Positions 31,050-39,592 of a stretch of DNA of 64,000 nucleotides are shown one piece after another; position 1 is the stretch's first letter, and each line of letters opens with the position of its first letter. The stretch is from sequence record PZ445427.1; one strand, given 5' to 3'. The DNA comes from a phage. A program made the position numbers and the translations under genes. The notes beneath the pieces were generated by a model, which saw nothing but the letters and a program-made list of their open reading frames with translations, ran no database searches and was not told where the DNA came from.

Positions 31050-31688
31050 ATGACTACTCGTATCTCTAAAACTCGTGCTCTGGCAACTATCAAGTCTCTG
31101 GAAGCTAAAATCCGTAAAGCTACTGAACAACAGCTTTTGATTGCTGTTGGTGAAGGTAAAGACAAGAATCAAGTTGTCGTTGGTGCTGCAATCGAAGTAG
31201 ATGCTCTGTCTACTCGTATTAAAACTGATTTCCAGTCTCTGCTGGATATGATGACCCAGCGTGATCATCTGAAAGCAGCGCTGATCAAGAGCAATGCTGA
31301 AACTGTTGTAGAGATCGGTTCCCGCTCTATGACTGTTGCGGAAGCAATCGAAGCTAAGCGTTCTATGGAACTCAAAGCTCAGTTGCTGGCTAACATGCGT
31401 AAGCAGTTCCATGCTGCTACTGTTAAGTTTAACACTCAAAAGGCTCAGTTTGATGCCAAGTATGAGCGTTTGCAGGATACCATGGCTACCCGTGACAAGA
31501 AGACTTCCGAGGATGAAGTTAAGATGCAGCTTAACCTGCTGGAACTCAAGAACACTCCGTTCCTGATCGATCCGCTGGAGCTGGAAAAGCTGATCAAGCA
31601 ACACGACGAAGAGTACCAGGACTTTGCAACCAACGTTGACTTTGTTCTGTCTGAGTCCAACGCCTCTACTTTTATCGAAGTAGAGTAA
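31050..31688 (+). CDS. hypothetical protein (212 aa), predicted helical
   Basis: ORF; three overlapping antisense/alternative ORFs judged spurious. Confidence 0.6.
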   Translation: MTTRISKTRALATIKSLEAKIRKATEQQLLIAVGEGKDKNQVVVGAAIEVDALSTRIKTDFQSLLDMMTQRDHLKAALIKSNAETVVEIGSRSMTVAEAIEAKRSMELKAQLLANMRKQFHAATVKFNTQKAQFDAKYERLQDTMATRDKKTSEDEVKMQLNLLELKNTPFLIDPLELEKLIKQHDEEYQDFATNVDFVLSESNASTFIEVE

Positions 31689-32072
31689 TAATTTAAAAGA
31701 CTAGTAAATCGGTAGACGAAAGCCCAAGCATCTTACCTCGCAGCAGCGGTTGAAATACGAGGTTAAATAAGACCGCTGACCATACTATAAAGTATAATCT
31801 ATTGGAGATTATGTTTATTACATCAGACATTTAATCTGACACGTAAAAACAAAAGGTCGTTGGTAGTACCAACACAACTTCAAAGATCAACGCTCAAGTA
31901 TGAAAGCTGAAAAGTTAAAAGCACTCAAACTTCTAACCTTCTAAAGCTAAAAGATGCAAAGTATTCGTTGATGATTCAAACCCTAGATCAAAGGTACATG
32001 GCTCATAAGATATGGCCTGTGGCGCCTCTAGGCTGTTTATCGGTTTACTAGTCTCTCAATTTAAAAATGTAT

Positions 32073-32101
32073 TTGCTAATTAGTTTAGTTTTCTATATAA
32101 T
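32073..32101 (+). promoter_or_regulatory. promoter cassette (TTGCTA-N17-TATAAT)
   Basis: ends a 440-nt ORF-free segment. Confidence 0.6.
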
Positions 32102-32131
32102 ATATTTTTAAATTGATGAGACGAGGCTATT

Positions 32132-32449
32132 ATGATTTTTCATATTCTGATTGATGATGTGCGTAACCTTCATGGAATGGACATTATCATTCGAACCCCC
32201 GAAGCCGCTGTTGAGTTTCTGAATAAAACCGATACCACAGGTCATTTCGTTTATATGGATAACGATCTGGCTGTAGATGGTATGGAAGGTTATCAAATTC
32301 TTCGTTTACTCCTAGAATTTGGTCAGAGACCCAAGAAAGTGGTACTAGTAACCTCGAACCCAGTAGCTAAAGAGACCATGCGTAATGATCTCTTAGACGA
32401 AGGGTATCAAGAAAGCCCTAATCGTATTGAGTACGATTGGCCGGAGTAA
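32132..32449 (+). CDS. hypothetical protein (105 aa), receiver-domain-like fold suspected
   Basis: ORF; weak pattern only. Confidence 0.45.
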   Translation: MIFHILIDDVRNLHGMDIIIRTPEAAVEFLNKTDTTGHFVYMDNDLAVDGMEGYQILRLLLEFGQRPKKVVLVTSNPVAKETMRNDLLDEGYQESPNRIEYDWPE

Positions 32450-32454
32450 ATAAA

Positions 32455-32904
32455 ATGAAGGCAGCTTTGCTTTTAATAGCTGCCCTAACCTATAGCTTCA
32501 ATAGTCATGCGACCTACGACTCAAAGCAGATTGATTGCATTGCAAAAAATATCTACTTCGAAGCACGAGGTGAGGGCACTAAAGGAATGATCGCAGTTGC
32601 ACAGGTTACTAAAAACCGTGTTAACTCTGGTACTTTTCCTGATTCTTACTGTAAAGTAGTATATCAGTCTAACCAGTTCTCTTGGGTGGCCAAGAGACCA
32701 AAAGTTGATAAAACCGATGAGGCTTGGCAAGTTGCTAAGAATTTAGCTAGAGTGATATACTACGTTGATTTACCACAAGATCCAACACATGGAGCGTTAT
32801 ACTTCCATAGTGGTAAAGATAAACCGTACTGGACAAAGAAGTTTAAGAAAACAACGAAGATTCAAGGCCATACGTTCTACAAGCCTGTGGTTAAGAAAAC
32901 TTAA
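32455..32904 (+). CDS. SleB-like cell-wall hydrolase with signal peptide
   Basis: signal-like MKAALLLIAALTYSFNSHA; block NIYFEARGEG...AVAQVTKNRV typical of Hydrolase_2 family. Confidence 0.55.
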   Translation: MKAALLLIAALTYSFNSHATYDSKQIDCIAKNIYFEARGEGTKGMIAVAQVTKNRVNSGTFPDSYCKVVYQSNQFSWVAKRPKVDKTDEAWQVAKNLARVIYYVDLPQDPTHGALYFHSGKDKPYWTKKFKKTTKIQGHTFYKPVVKKT

Positions 32905-32912
32905 AAATTCGA

Positions 32913-32941
32913 TTGCTTAAAGCCTTAAATTTCTGTATAAT
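32913..32941 (+). promoter_or_regulatory. promoter cassette (TTGCTT-N17-TATAAT)
   Basis: followed by conserved leader and ATG 32973. Confidence 0.6.
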
Positions 32942-32972
32942 ACTTTCATAAATTAATGAGAGGAAGCGAAAT

Positions 32973-33143
32973 ATGAAATCAGTTGTAATTATTGGTGTTA
33001 ATACTCGTGGTATCCGTACTACGAAAACAGTTAAAACTACTAACGTTGCTGAAATTACTACAAACCCTAAGAAGTTTGATTTCGCTAAAGTCTCGGCAGT
33101 TATGACAGAACAATCTTTTAACCAAGCACTGGGAATTAAATAA
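32973..33143 (+). CDS. hypothetical small protein (56 aa)
   Basis: ATG after GAGAGGAAG; stop overlaps next start (TAATG). Confidence 0.4.
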   Translation: MKSVVIIGVNTRGIRTTKTVKTTNVAEITTNPKKFDFAKVSAVMTEQSFNQALGIK

Positions 33144-33586
33144 TGGAAGAGAATATTCTAAATGTTTTGCGTAGGGCTTTGCAGGAATCTAAGGTTGATG
33201 GTTCTGATAAAGAAGTAGCTAAAAGCTACCAGACCATAATCGGAGATCTTCAGCGTGTTGATAAAGACTTCATTACTTCTGAACAGTTTGTATCTTATCT
33301 AAAAGCTCAACTGAAAAGCATTAATCAGACGAAAGCTAAACTTCACGGTCAAGACCTTGATAATTATAGCTTGCAGTCTGCTCAGTATGAGTATATACTG
33401 AACAAATGGCTACAACAGTATCTGCCGCCTCAGTTATCTGATTCTGAGATTCGCAAATACTTTGCAGAATTAGTTAAGTTGAACCCTGGGATTACAAAAG
33501 GTATGCTGATGAAAGCGATTAAGGAAGAGTTTCCTGGTCGTTACGACGGTGGCATTGCTGCTCAGGTTGCTGGCGAATTTAATTAA
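33143..33586 (+). CDS. YqeY/GatB-C-terminal-domain-like protein
   Basis: 147 aa; blocks YLPPQLSDSEIRKYF and C-terminal GxxKGxLMKAIKEE...G resemble YqeY family. Confidence 0.45.
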   Translation: MEENILNVLRRALQESKVDGSDKEVAKSYQTIIGDLQRVDKDFITSEQFVSYLKAQLKSINQTKAKLHGQDLDNYSLQSAQYEYILNKWLQQYLPPQLSDSEIRKYFAELVKLNPGITKGMLMKAIKEEFPGRYDGGIAAQVAGEFN

Positions 33587-33594
33587 AAATTGAT

Positions 33595-33623
33595 TTGCTA
33601 AACGCCTCAAAATTCTGTATAAT
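33595..33623 (+). promoter_or_regulatory. promoter cassette driving an ORF-free region
   Basis: TTGCTA-N17-TATAAT at 33595-33600/33618-33623; no start codon within normal distance. Confidence 0.6.
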
Positions 33624-33629
33624 AGATTC

Positions 33630-34482
33630 ATAAATTAGAGAACAGCGAGCCGATTACGCTGAGTGAGTTTAGTGATTCCTACTAGGATAGCTATTCCACT
33701 GAATAGAGTCGGTGAGTTGGAGACTAGTAAGTACTCTGAGAGAGGCTACGAGCTAACGCTTATTGCTATTGATAGGGAACTGAAAATCTGCGGAAAACTC
33801 GGGAGCTGTCCCGAAATCTCGTAAACTCTTCTCTAGTTTATGTTAGTGGGGTGTCGAACTGACTTATGTGATAACACTGCCGTCCTAGTATAAACGGTAA
33901 TATCAAACCGTAACTGGTGGAAGATGCAGGTTCGAATCCTGCGGTCGGAAAGAATCAGATAACTCGGGCTTATACCGGATAAGCATTCGCTGCTGGAGTA
34001 CATACTATGACGGTTCAGGAGGTACGCCACCTGATCAGTATTAGGTTAGAATCGAAACAGCTAAACCACGAGGAAACCTGACGGCCTCAACCAAACTCGG
34101 AACTCGGGATCACTGCCTAGTGTGTGCCCCGTTTAACCTGAGACTAGGCATCCAGCTTCGCATCGAAAATCGGAGGTGCGATTCTAACAGACCGCGTGAA
34201 TATGAGAGTGGGAAACGCTGACATGAGAGATGTCACTAATGGTGCCCAATAGTACAGGTAATTCGCGATAATTCCTGTTGAGCGGCAGCAGTAGGCTGGG
34301 AGTCATGACCTAAGCCTAACCGAGTTCTTCACATACGGAGAACATAACCACAAAGTCACCCTGACTTAAACTGGAAGATATTGTCTGACGGAAGGGCTGC
34401 AGAGCTTAATCTGAGGGGGCTGACCCTACCTACCGTCGGGTATCTTTAAGAGCTTTTATAAGAGTTCTTAAAAATACCTAAA
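33630..34482 (+). ncRNA. candidate large structured non-coding RNA (about 850 nt), class unknown
   Basis: no plus-strand ORF >=60 aa; balanced composition unlike AT-rich spacers; hairpins (e.g. GCCTAGT...ACTAGGC); three AACTCGGG repeats; internal partial tRNA copy. Confidence 0.45.
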
Positions 34483-34557
34483 CGGGGTGTAGTCTAAGGG
34501 ATAGGCAGGAGTCTTCTAAATTCCTTTATGCAGGTTCGAATCCTGTCACCTCGGCCA
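34483..34557 (+). tRNA. tRNA-Arg (anticodon UCU)
   Basis: acceptor CGGGGTG/CACCTCG; anticodon stem GGAGT/ATTCC with loop CTTCTAA; T-arm GCAGG-TTCGAAT-CCTGT; CCA encoded. Confidence 0.7.
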
Positions 34558-34583
34558 ATTTTATTAACTGCTAGGAAAATAAA

Positions 34584-34784
34584 GTGAAAACACGATATAT
34601 AGTAAAAGTAGTAGGTGAACATTCACAAGTAAATACCACCGATGTTACAGCGCTAGCATTTGAAGTAGTCTCCGGTATAGTCATATTTCATAACGGAGAT
34701 ATCAAAGCTCCTGAATTTGCTGTGGATGCTAGCCTGTTTATTTCTGCAACTAAAGTAACTGTAGTAGCTAACTCTTCTAAATAA
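34584..34784 (+). CDS. hypothetical protein (66 aa)
   Basis: ORF with SD AGGAAAATAAAG. Confidence 0.4.
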   Translation: MKTRYIVKVVGEHSQVNTTDVTALAFEVVSGIVIFHNGDIKAPEFAVDASLFISATKVTVVANSSK

Positions 34785-34795
34785 TAAGGAAATAT

Positions 34796-35740
34796 ATGTT
34801 TACTAAAAACACTAAAGAACTGACTTCCGATCAAAAAGTAATTCGTACTATTAAACGTTGGGGTGTTGGTGCTGTAGTTGGTCTTGGCGCTCTTATTCTG
34901 GCTCTCAATTCCTACACAGTTGTTCAGGATGGTACTGTTAAGACTCAAACCTTCCTGGGTAAAGTTAGCCCGAACCCTGTACTGCCAGGCTTCCATATTG
35001 TTAACCCATTTGCTTCTTTTGATACTTTTAGTACGAAAGATATTTCTATGAAACTGGATAAACTTCAGGTTCCTAGCCAGGATAAGTTTAAGTCTACTGT
35101 TGACATTACCGTTATGTTGCAGTTTGATGGTGCTAAAGCTCCTATGAACCGTGTTAACGCAGGTACTCAGGATCAGGCTCTGAACAAGTACGTTGAAGAG
35201 AAGATGCTATCTACGATTCGTGAGTTTGGTAAGTCTGTACCAAAAGCACAAGATCTGTTCGACGCTAAGATTCAGGCTCAACTGCAAACTGCTATTCAGC
35301 AAGAAGTAGAGGAGTATGCGCGTCCTTATGGTTACACCGTTAAGCAAGTATTCCTTCAGGATATTACTCTGCCACCGGTAATCATGGAACAGGTACAGAA
35401 CACCAAAGTTCGTGAAGAACAAGTTAACGCTGCAAAAGCTGAACTGGCTCGTGTTGAACAAGAAGCACAACAGAAAGTTAAGCAAGCTGAGGCAGATCGT
35501 TCTGCTCGTGAAAACATGGCAGTAGCTAACGAACGTGACGCAGATGCTAAACTGTACGCAGCTAAGAAAGAAGCTGAAGCTAACGCCGCTCTGCAACGTA
35601 CCATTACTCCTGAAATGATTCGTTGGAAGCAGCTGGAAGTTGAAATGCTTCGTGCTGAAAAATACCAAGGTGGTGTACCGCAGACTGTTGTTGGTACTGG
35701 CTATGATGGTCAAATGATCATGGATATGCGTAACAAGTAA
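34796..35740 (+). CDS. SPFH/band-7 (HflK/C-, prohibitin-like) membrane protein
   Basis: 314 aa; N-terminal TM helix, SPFH-like core, long Ala/Glu/Gln-rich coiled-coil tail. Confidence 0.65.
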   Translation: MFTKNTKELTSDQKVIRTIKRWGVGAVVGLGALILALNSYTVVQDGTVKTQTFLGKVSPNPVLPGFHIVNPFASFDTFSTKDISMKLDKLQVPSQDKFKSTVDITVMLQFDGAKAPMNRVNAGTQDQALNKYVEEKMLSTIREFGKSVPKAQDLFDAKIQAQLQTAIQQEVEEYARPYGYTVKQVFLQDITLPPVIMEQVQNTKVREEQVNAAKAELARVEQEAQQKVKQAEADRSARENMAVANERDADAKLYAAKKEAEANAALQRTITPEMIRWKQLEVEMLRAEKYQGGVPQTVVGTGYDGQMIMDMRNK

Positions 35741-35763
35741 TAGTTACACGTAATCTTCGAACC

Positions 35764-35798
35764 AAGCCCGCGTTTCCTCCGAGAGCGCGGGCTTTTCT
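35764..35798 (+). terminator. rho-independent terminator
   Basis: GCCCGCG...CGCGGGC hairpin followed by TTTTCTGT. Confidence 0.6.
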
Positions 35799-35814
35799 GT
35801 ATTTAAGACAAAAG

Positions 35815-35850
35815 AAAAGCCCCTTACCTTTCGGCAGGGGCTTTGTTTTT
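35815..35850. terminator. bidirectional terminator between convergent transcription units
   Basis: GCCCCTT...AGGGGC hairpin flanked by T-runs on both strands. Confidence 0.6.
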
Positions 35851-36057
35851 GGTTTAGAACCATATACTCTTGTTACAGCAACCACCCATACGGGAGACCA
35901 ATCTTGACTGAAAATCTACTCTAGGGGGCAGGATAAGAGTAGGCTTAAAGGCAAACGGATTGAACACCGGTATTTGCGTAAACATTGCTGGAGAGCAACA
36001 ACGTGCTACAGGCATTGGGCAGCATGATGTAGGTTTTCTACAACACATATAAACTCC

Positions 36058-36477
36058 TTAGGATTTCTCCCCATTTTGCGCTTTTGCAACTTGACTTTGA
36101 CAGAAACTATTAAACTTACCCATAAGTGAAACAAGTTGCTTCCCATCCTCTGTTTTAGCGAAGTCTTCGAAAAGGGCTAGAACAGCCTGTCCTTCCGCAG
36201 ATACCTGCGGTTGTTGGGTTTGTTGAGTCATCTGCTGCTGTGGTTGCATTTGCTGAGGCATCATCTGCTGAGGCACCATTTGTTGCATTTGCATTTGCGG
36301 CTGCATTTGCATCTGGTTGATGTTTCCCTGCGGGTTTTGCAGGGAATTTTGCATTTGCTGTGCTTCTGCCAATCTCTGTTGCAACTGTTGTAAGTAGGGG
36401 TTATCCAGCCCCGGAACGGGCTGCTGGGAGCCCATACTTTGATTAAATCCGTTGTTCACAAAACCATATTTACTCAT
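36058..36477 (-). CDS. Gln/Met-rich low-complexity protein (139 aa)
   Basis: about 40% Q in central region (QMQPQMQMQQMVPQQMMPQQMQPQQQ); structured C-terminus. Confidence 0.55.
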   Translation of the reverse strand: MSKYGFVNNGFNQSMGSQQPVPGLDNPYLQQLQQRLAEAQQMQNSLQNPQGNINQMQMQPQMQMQQMVPQQMMPQQMQPQQQMTQQTQQPQVSAEGQAVLALFEDFAKTEDGKQLVSLMGKFNSFCQSQVAKAQNGEKS

Positions 36478-36499
36478 GATGGGCTCCTCCCCTTAATTA

Positions 36500-37495
36500 T
36501 TAAGCCGGCAGTTTAGCCTGCAGACCAGCCAGAGTCTGAGTGATAGCACCAAGACTTACAGCGATTTGGTTGATTACCTGACCGTTAGCACCGCTACCCT
36601 GAGCGATAGCTTCACGCAGACGGCATTCGTTCAGTTCGTCCTGAATACGCGCAGTAGTTACACCAGCGATTGCAGACTGAAGTTCACAGCAGCATTCAGC
36701 GATCTGACGTTCCAGAGCGTTCTGGTTAGCACAAGCCTGAGCAGCTACAGCAGCGAACTGGTTGTTAGTCTGGATAGACTGAGCAAACATGATCTGAGCG
36801 GTATCGAACTTGTCTTGAGCACGTGCGATCTGGTTAGCAGCGAAAGCTTGATCCATTTGACGAGAAAGATCGAACTGACCCTGAATAACATTACGAGTTT
36901 CCTGACAGATCTGGTTGGACAGGTTAGCACCAGTACCGTAGATCGTAGTCAGAAGCTGTTGAGTACTAGCAGCTTGAGCAGCTCCTACACCATTTACTGC
37001 ACTCAGAACAGCACCAGTACCCTGATTAGCTTCAGTACGAGTAGTGTTGATTGCAGCTAGAATACTTGCAGTATCCTGGTTAGAAAGGATCGCATCCACA
37101 GCAGTTCCCTCAGCGGCAACACCAGCACCGCGGCCAAAACCACCGAAACCACCGAATCCGCCTGTTAATAGAGCACCGATTAGGATAGCTCCGAATAGAC
37201 CCATACCTTCACCACCGAAAGCACCATTAGCAACTGCTGGGTAACCACCCATTAGGCCAGGGAAGCCACTAGTGAATACGTTTACTGGTTCTTGCATTTT
37301 ATGTTTTCCATGTTTATGACAATGTTCATCATCGTCATCTTCTTCATCATTTTCATCGTGTTCACGATGTTCTTTTTCGTAGGCCTTGACCTTCTCCCAC
37401 TTTTTCTTGTCTGATTCTTCGTGACGACGCAGTTCTGCTGCTACGCCAGCGACCGTATCAGGACTCTTAGCTACTTCTTCTGTCATTTTTGACAC
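36500..37495 (-). CDS. membrane protein with His/acidic N-terminus and glycine-zipper segment (331 aa)
   Basis: HREHDENDEEDDDDEHCHKHGKH; Gly-zipper GGFGGFGGFGRG with hydrophobic stretch; Ala/Gln-rich C-terminal half with CCCELQ. Confidence 0.55.
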   Translation of the reverse strand: MSKMTEEVAKSPDTVAGVAAELRRHEESDKKKWEKVKAYEKEHREHDENDEEDDDDEHCHKHGKHKMQEPVNVFTSGFPGLMGGYPAVANGAFGGEGMGLFGAILIGALLTGGFGGFGGFGRGAGVAAEGTAVDAILSNQDTASILAAINTTRTEANQGTGAVLSAVNGVGAAQAASTQQLLTTIYGTGANLSNQICQETRNVIQGQFDLSRQMDQAFAANQIARAQDKFDTAQIMFAQSIQTNNQFAAVAAQACANQNALERQIAECCCELQSAIAGVTTARIQDELNECRLREAIAQGSGANGQVINQIAVSLGAITQTLAGLQAKLPA

Positions 37496-37547
37496 CTCCT
37501 AGTATATAGAAAATGTGTGTCTCTTTGATCACTCATCCATATCATAT

Positions 37548-37576
37548 ACTTTACATTACCCCAGCGAAAATGTCAA
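37548..37576 (-). promoter_or_regulatory. sigma70-like promoter for the 37495..36058 operon (minus strand)
   Basis: minus-strand TTGACA-N17-TAAAGT, then AGGAGGTG SD and ATG 37495. Confidence 0.5.
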
Positions 37577-37692
37577 GGGGTCTTTAAAAATTGCCCCCGG
37601 ATTTTTAGTGGGGTAACAATTTCTGGACTTCACCACTCACCTGCTACCCTTAAGTGCCCTGCGATTTTCCACTAAAAAGTTTAAAAATTCGA

Positions 37693-37721
37693 TTGCTTGA
37701 ATGCTAAATTCTCTGTATAAT
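37693..37721 (+). promoter_or_regulatory. promoter cassette (TTGCTT-N17-TATAAT)
   Basis: leader AAATTTGAGAGAGGAATCAAAT then ATG 37752. Confidence 0.6.
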
Positions 37722-37751
37722 ATATTTATAAATTTGAGAGAGGAATCAAAT

Positions 37752-38807
37752 ATGATTAAGACTGGTCTAGTAATTGGTAAGTTCGCACCATTAACGCGTG
37801 GTCATATTAACCTAATAAACACAGCAGCAACTATGTGTGAACGAGTTATTGTTGTAGTTAGTCATGATAATCGTTGGCTGGATAAGCAGAACACACGTGA
37901 TCAGGAAGTATTACAGTTAAAGAATCGACTTCGTTGGTTAGAACAAACTTACGCGGATATTGAGCACATTTCGGTAGAGTACATTATTGAAGATGATATT
38001 CCTGAATATCCGAATGGTTGGCCGGAATATGCTAGAATCCTTAATGAAAATTACGGACATTTGCCTGAGATCACCATTTTCTCTAGCGAACTAGACTATG
38101 ATGCAGAATATAAGAAATATCTGCCGAAGTTTGGTCATTATATTGTAGATTCTGATCGGACTCGTGTTCCAATCTCAGCTACAATGATTCGTAATGATCT
38201 TATGAAGTATTGGGAGTTTCTTCCTAGCGTAGTTCGTAAAGATTACGTGCGTAAGGTTGTAATCATTGGGACTGAAAGCTCGGGAAAGACTACTTTAACA
38301 AAATACCTTGCGAAGCTATACAACACTTCGTGGGTAGAAGAATATGGCCGAACGTATTGTGAAGTTGATCTAGTTGGTAACGAAAATCTACTTACCAGTG
38401 AAGATTATAGTAAAATTGCGTTCAGACACAAAGAGCTAGAGTTTGAAGCAGAACGTACTGCAAATAAGATCATGTTTGTGGATACAAATGCTTTTATTAC
38501 TGAGTTCTACCACAGACTTTATGAACATCGTAAGAATCCTGTGGTTACAGCAATTGCAAAAGAAGAACATTACGATTTAGTAATTGTTCTAGCGCCTACT
38601 GTTAAGTGGGTAGATGATGGTTTACGTATTAACTCCGATCGTTCAATTACTTCTGAACTGTTCGAGCAGATGAAGAAAGAATTTCCAAATCAGTTCCCTG
38701 AAGGGCGTACTGTTTACATCGACTCCCCGGACTACAAAGTTCGTATGGACGAAGCAGTAAACGCAGTAGACTGGCTGATTCATCACTTTAACGTTGGAGA
38801 GTTTTAA
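37752..38807 (+). CDS. NadR-like bifunctional NMN adenylyltransferase / ribosylnicotinamide kinase
   Basis: nucleotidyltransferase motif GKFAPLTRGH; Walker A IIGTESSGKTTL (compare NadR GGESSGKS); start at internal ATG after SD. Confidence 0.7.
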   Translation: MIKTGLVIGKFAPLTRGHINLINTAATMCERVIVVVSHDNRWLDKQNTRDQEVLQLKNRLRWLEQTYADIEHISVEYIIEDDIPEYPNGWPEYARILNENYGHLPEITIFSSELDYDAEYKKYLPKFGHYIVDSDRTRVPISATMIRNDLMKYWEFLPSVVRKDYVRKVVIIGTESSGKTTLTKYLAKLYNTSWVEEYGRTYCEVDLVGNENLLTSEDYSKIAFRHKELEFEAERTANKIMFVDTNAFITEFYHRLYEHRKNPVVTAIAKEEHYDLVIVLAPTVKWVDDGLRINSDRSITSELFEQMKKEFPNQFPEGRTVYIDSPDYKVRMDEAVNAVDWLIHHFNVGEF

Positions 38808-38808
38808 T

Positions 38809-39486
38809 ATGACTAACTATCTTGTAAATGACTTTAAAAACTGGAAACCTTTGGAATATCTGTGGCTGTTTATAGCAGTCGCCTTTATTAGTTTAGCAAA
38901 CTATAATGGTACAGCTCTAGATTGGGCTACTGCAATAACCAATGTGGTTTGTGTTATTCTGGTTGCAAAAGGACGTGTTTCCAACTATATTTGGGGCTTA
39001 GTGGGTGTTCTTACATATGGTATTACAGCTTTAAACGCAGATCTTTATGGTAACGCTGCACTAAACCTGCTATACTACGTTCCTATGCAGTTTTATGGAA
39101 TGTACTTATGGCATAAAAATAAGCCAAGTAATCTGCCAGATGTTCCAACTAAGGTTCTGACTAAAGCCCAAGCTCTGCTGACTCTAGGGATTCTAGCAGT
39201 AGCCACGTTAGGGTATGGTAGTTTCTTAGCTACTACGGCTGATCCATTCCCAATGTTGGATGCATTTACTGCGGTAGGTAGTGTGATCGCTATGTGGCTT
39301 ATGGTTAAGCAGTATGCCGAGCAGTGGCTGATCTGGATTGCTATTAACATTGGTACTGTGTACATTTGGCTTGTAACTGCTCAATCTACAGGTGCATCTT
39401 ATGCAATCCTAGCAATGTGGCTAGTATTCTTAGGTAACTCTATTATGGGAGCCTATAAAGGATACTTTGTACGCGTTAACAAATAA
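38809..39486 (+). CDS. PnuC-like nicotinamide riboside transporter
   Basis: about 225 aa polytopic membrane protein with W-rich helices; immediately follows NadR-like gene. Confidence 0.6.
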   Translation: MTNYLVNDFKNWKPLEYLWLFIAVAFISLANYNGTALDWATAITNVVCVILVAKGRVSNYIWGLVGVLTYGITALNADLYGNAALNLLYYVPMQFYGMYLWHKNKPSNLPDVPTKVLTKAQALLTLGILAVATLGYGSFLATTADPFPMLDAFTAVGSVIAMWLMVKQYAEQWLIWIAINIGTVYIWLVTAQSTGASYAILAMWLVFLGNSIMGAYKGYFVRVNK

Positions 39487-39494
39487 AGTAGTTA

Positions 39495-39520
39495 TAGCCC
39501 TCGCTTAGAGGGCTATTATA
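39495..39520 (+). terminator. rho-independent terminator
   Basis: TAGCCCTC-GCTTA-GAGGGCTA hairpin followed by TTATAC. Confidence 0.5.
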
Positions 39521-39533
39521 CAGAAATTTTCAC

Positions 39534-39562
39534 TTGCTTTATATAGAAAATTTCTGTATAAT
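39534..39562 (+). promoter_or_regulatory. promoter cassette (TTGCTT-N17-TATAAT)
   Basis: upstream of 39593 gene. Confidence 0.6.
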
Positions 39563-39592
39563 ATATTTATAAATTTGAGAGAGGAATCAAAC

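Noticed and set aside
31017-31688. Overlapping ORFs 31017..31604 (-), 31336..31566 (+) and 31445..31660 (-)
   Set aside because: All lie inside gene 31050..31688, which has a proper SD and codon bias; they are alternative-frame artefacts.
33848-33950. A second complete tRNA inside the ORF-free region
   Set aside because: The 5' acceptor strand and T-arm are present but 72 nt apart with no anticodon arm and only 5/6 acceptor pairing; treated as a partial tRNA copy.
33833-34030. 65-aa minus-strand ORF inside the ORF-free structured region
   Set aside because: No promoter or SD on that strand; sits within a candidate non-coding RNA transcribed from the plus strand.
35854-36048. 64-aa Cys-rich minus-strand ORF
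   Set aside because: Lies between convergent terminators with no SD; could be a real small protein but is more likely an artefact of the terminator region.
36211-36393. 60-aa plus-strand ORF of Leu/His repeats
   Set aside because: Mirror-frame artefact of the Gln/Met-repeat gene on the minus strand.
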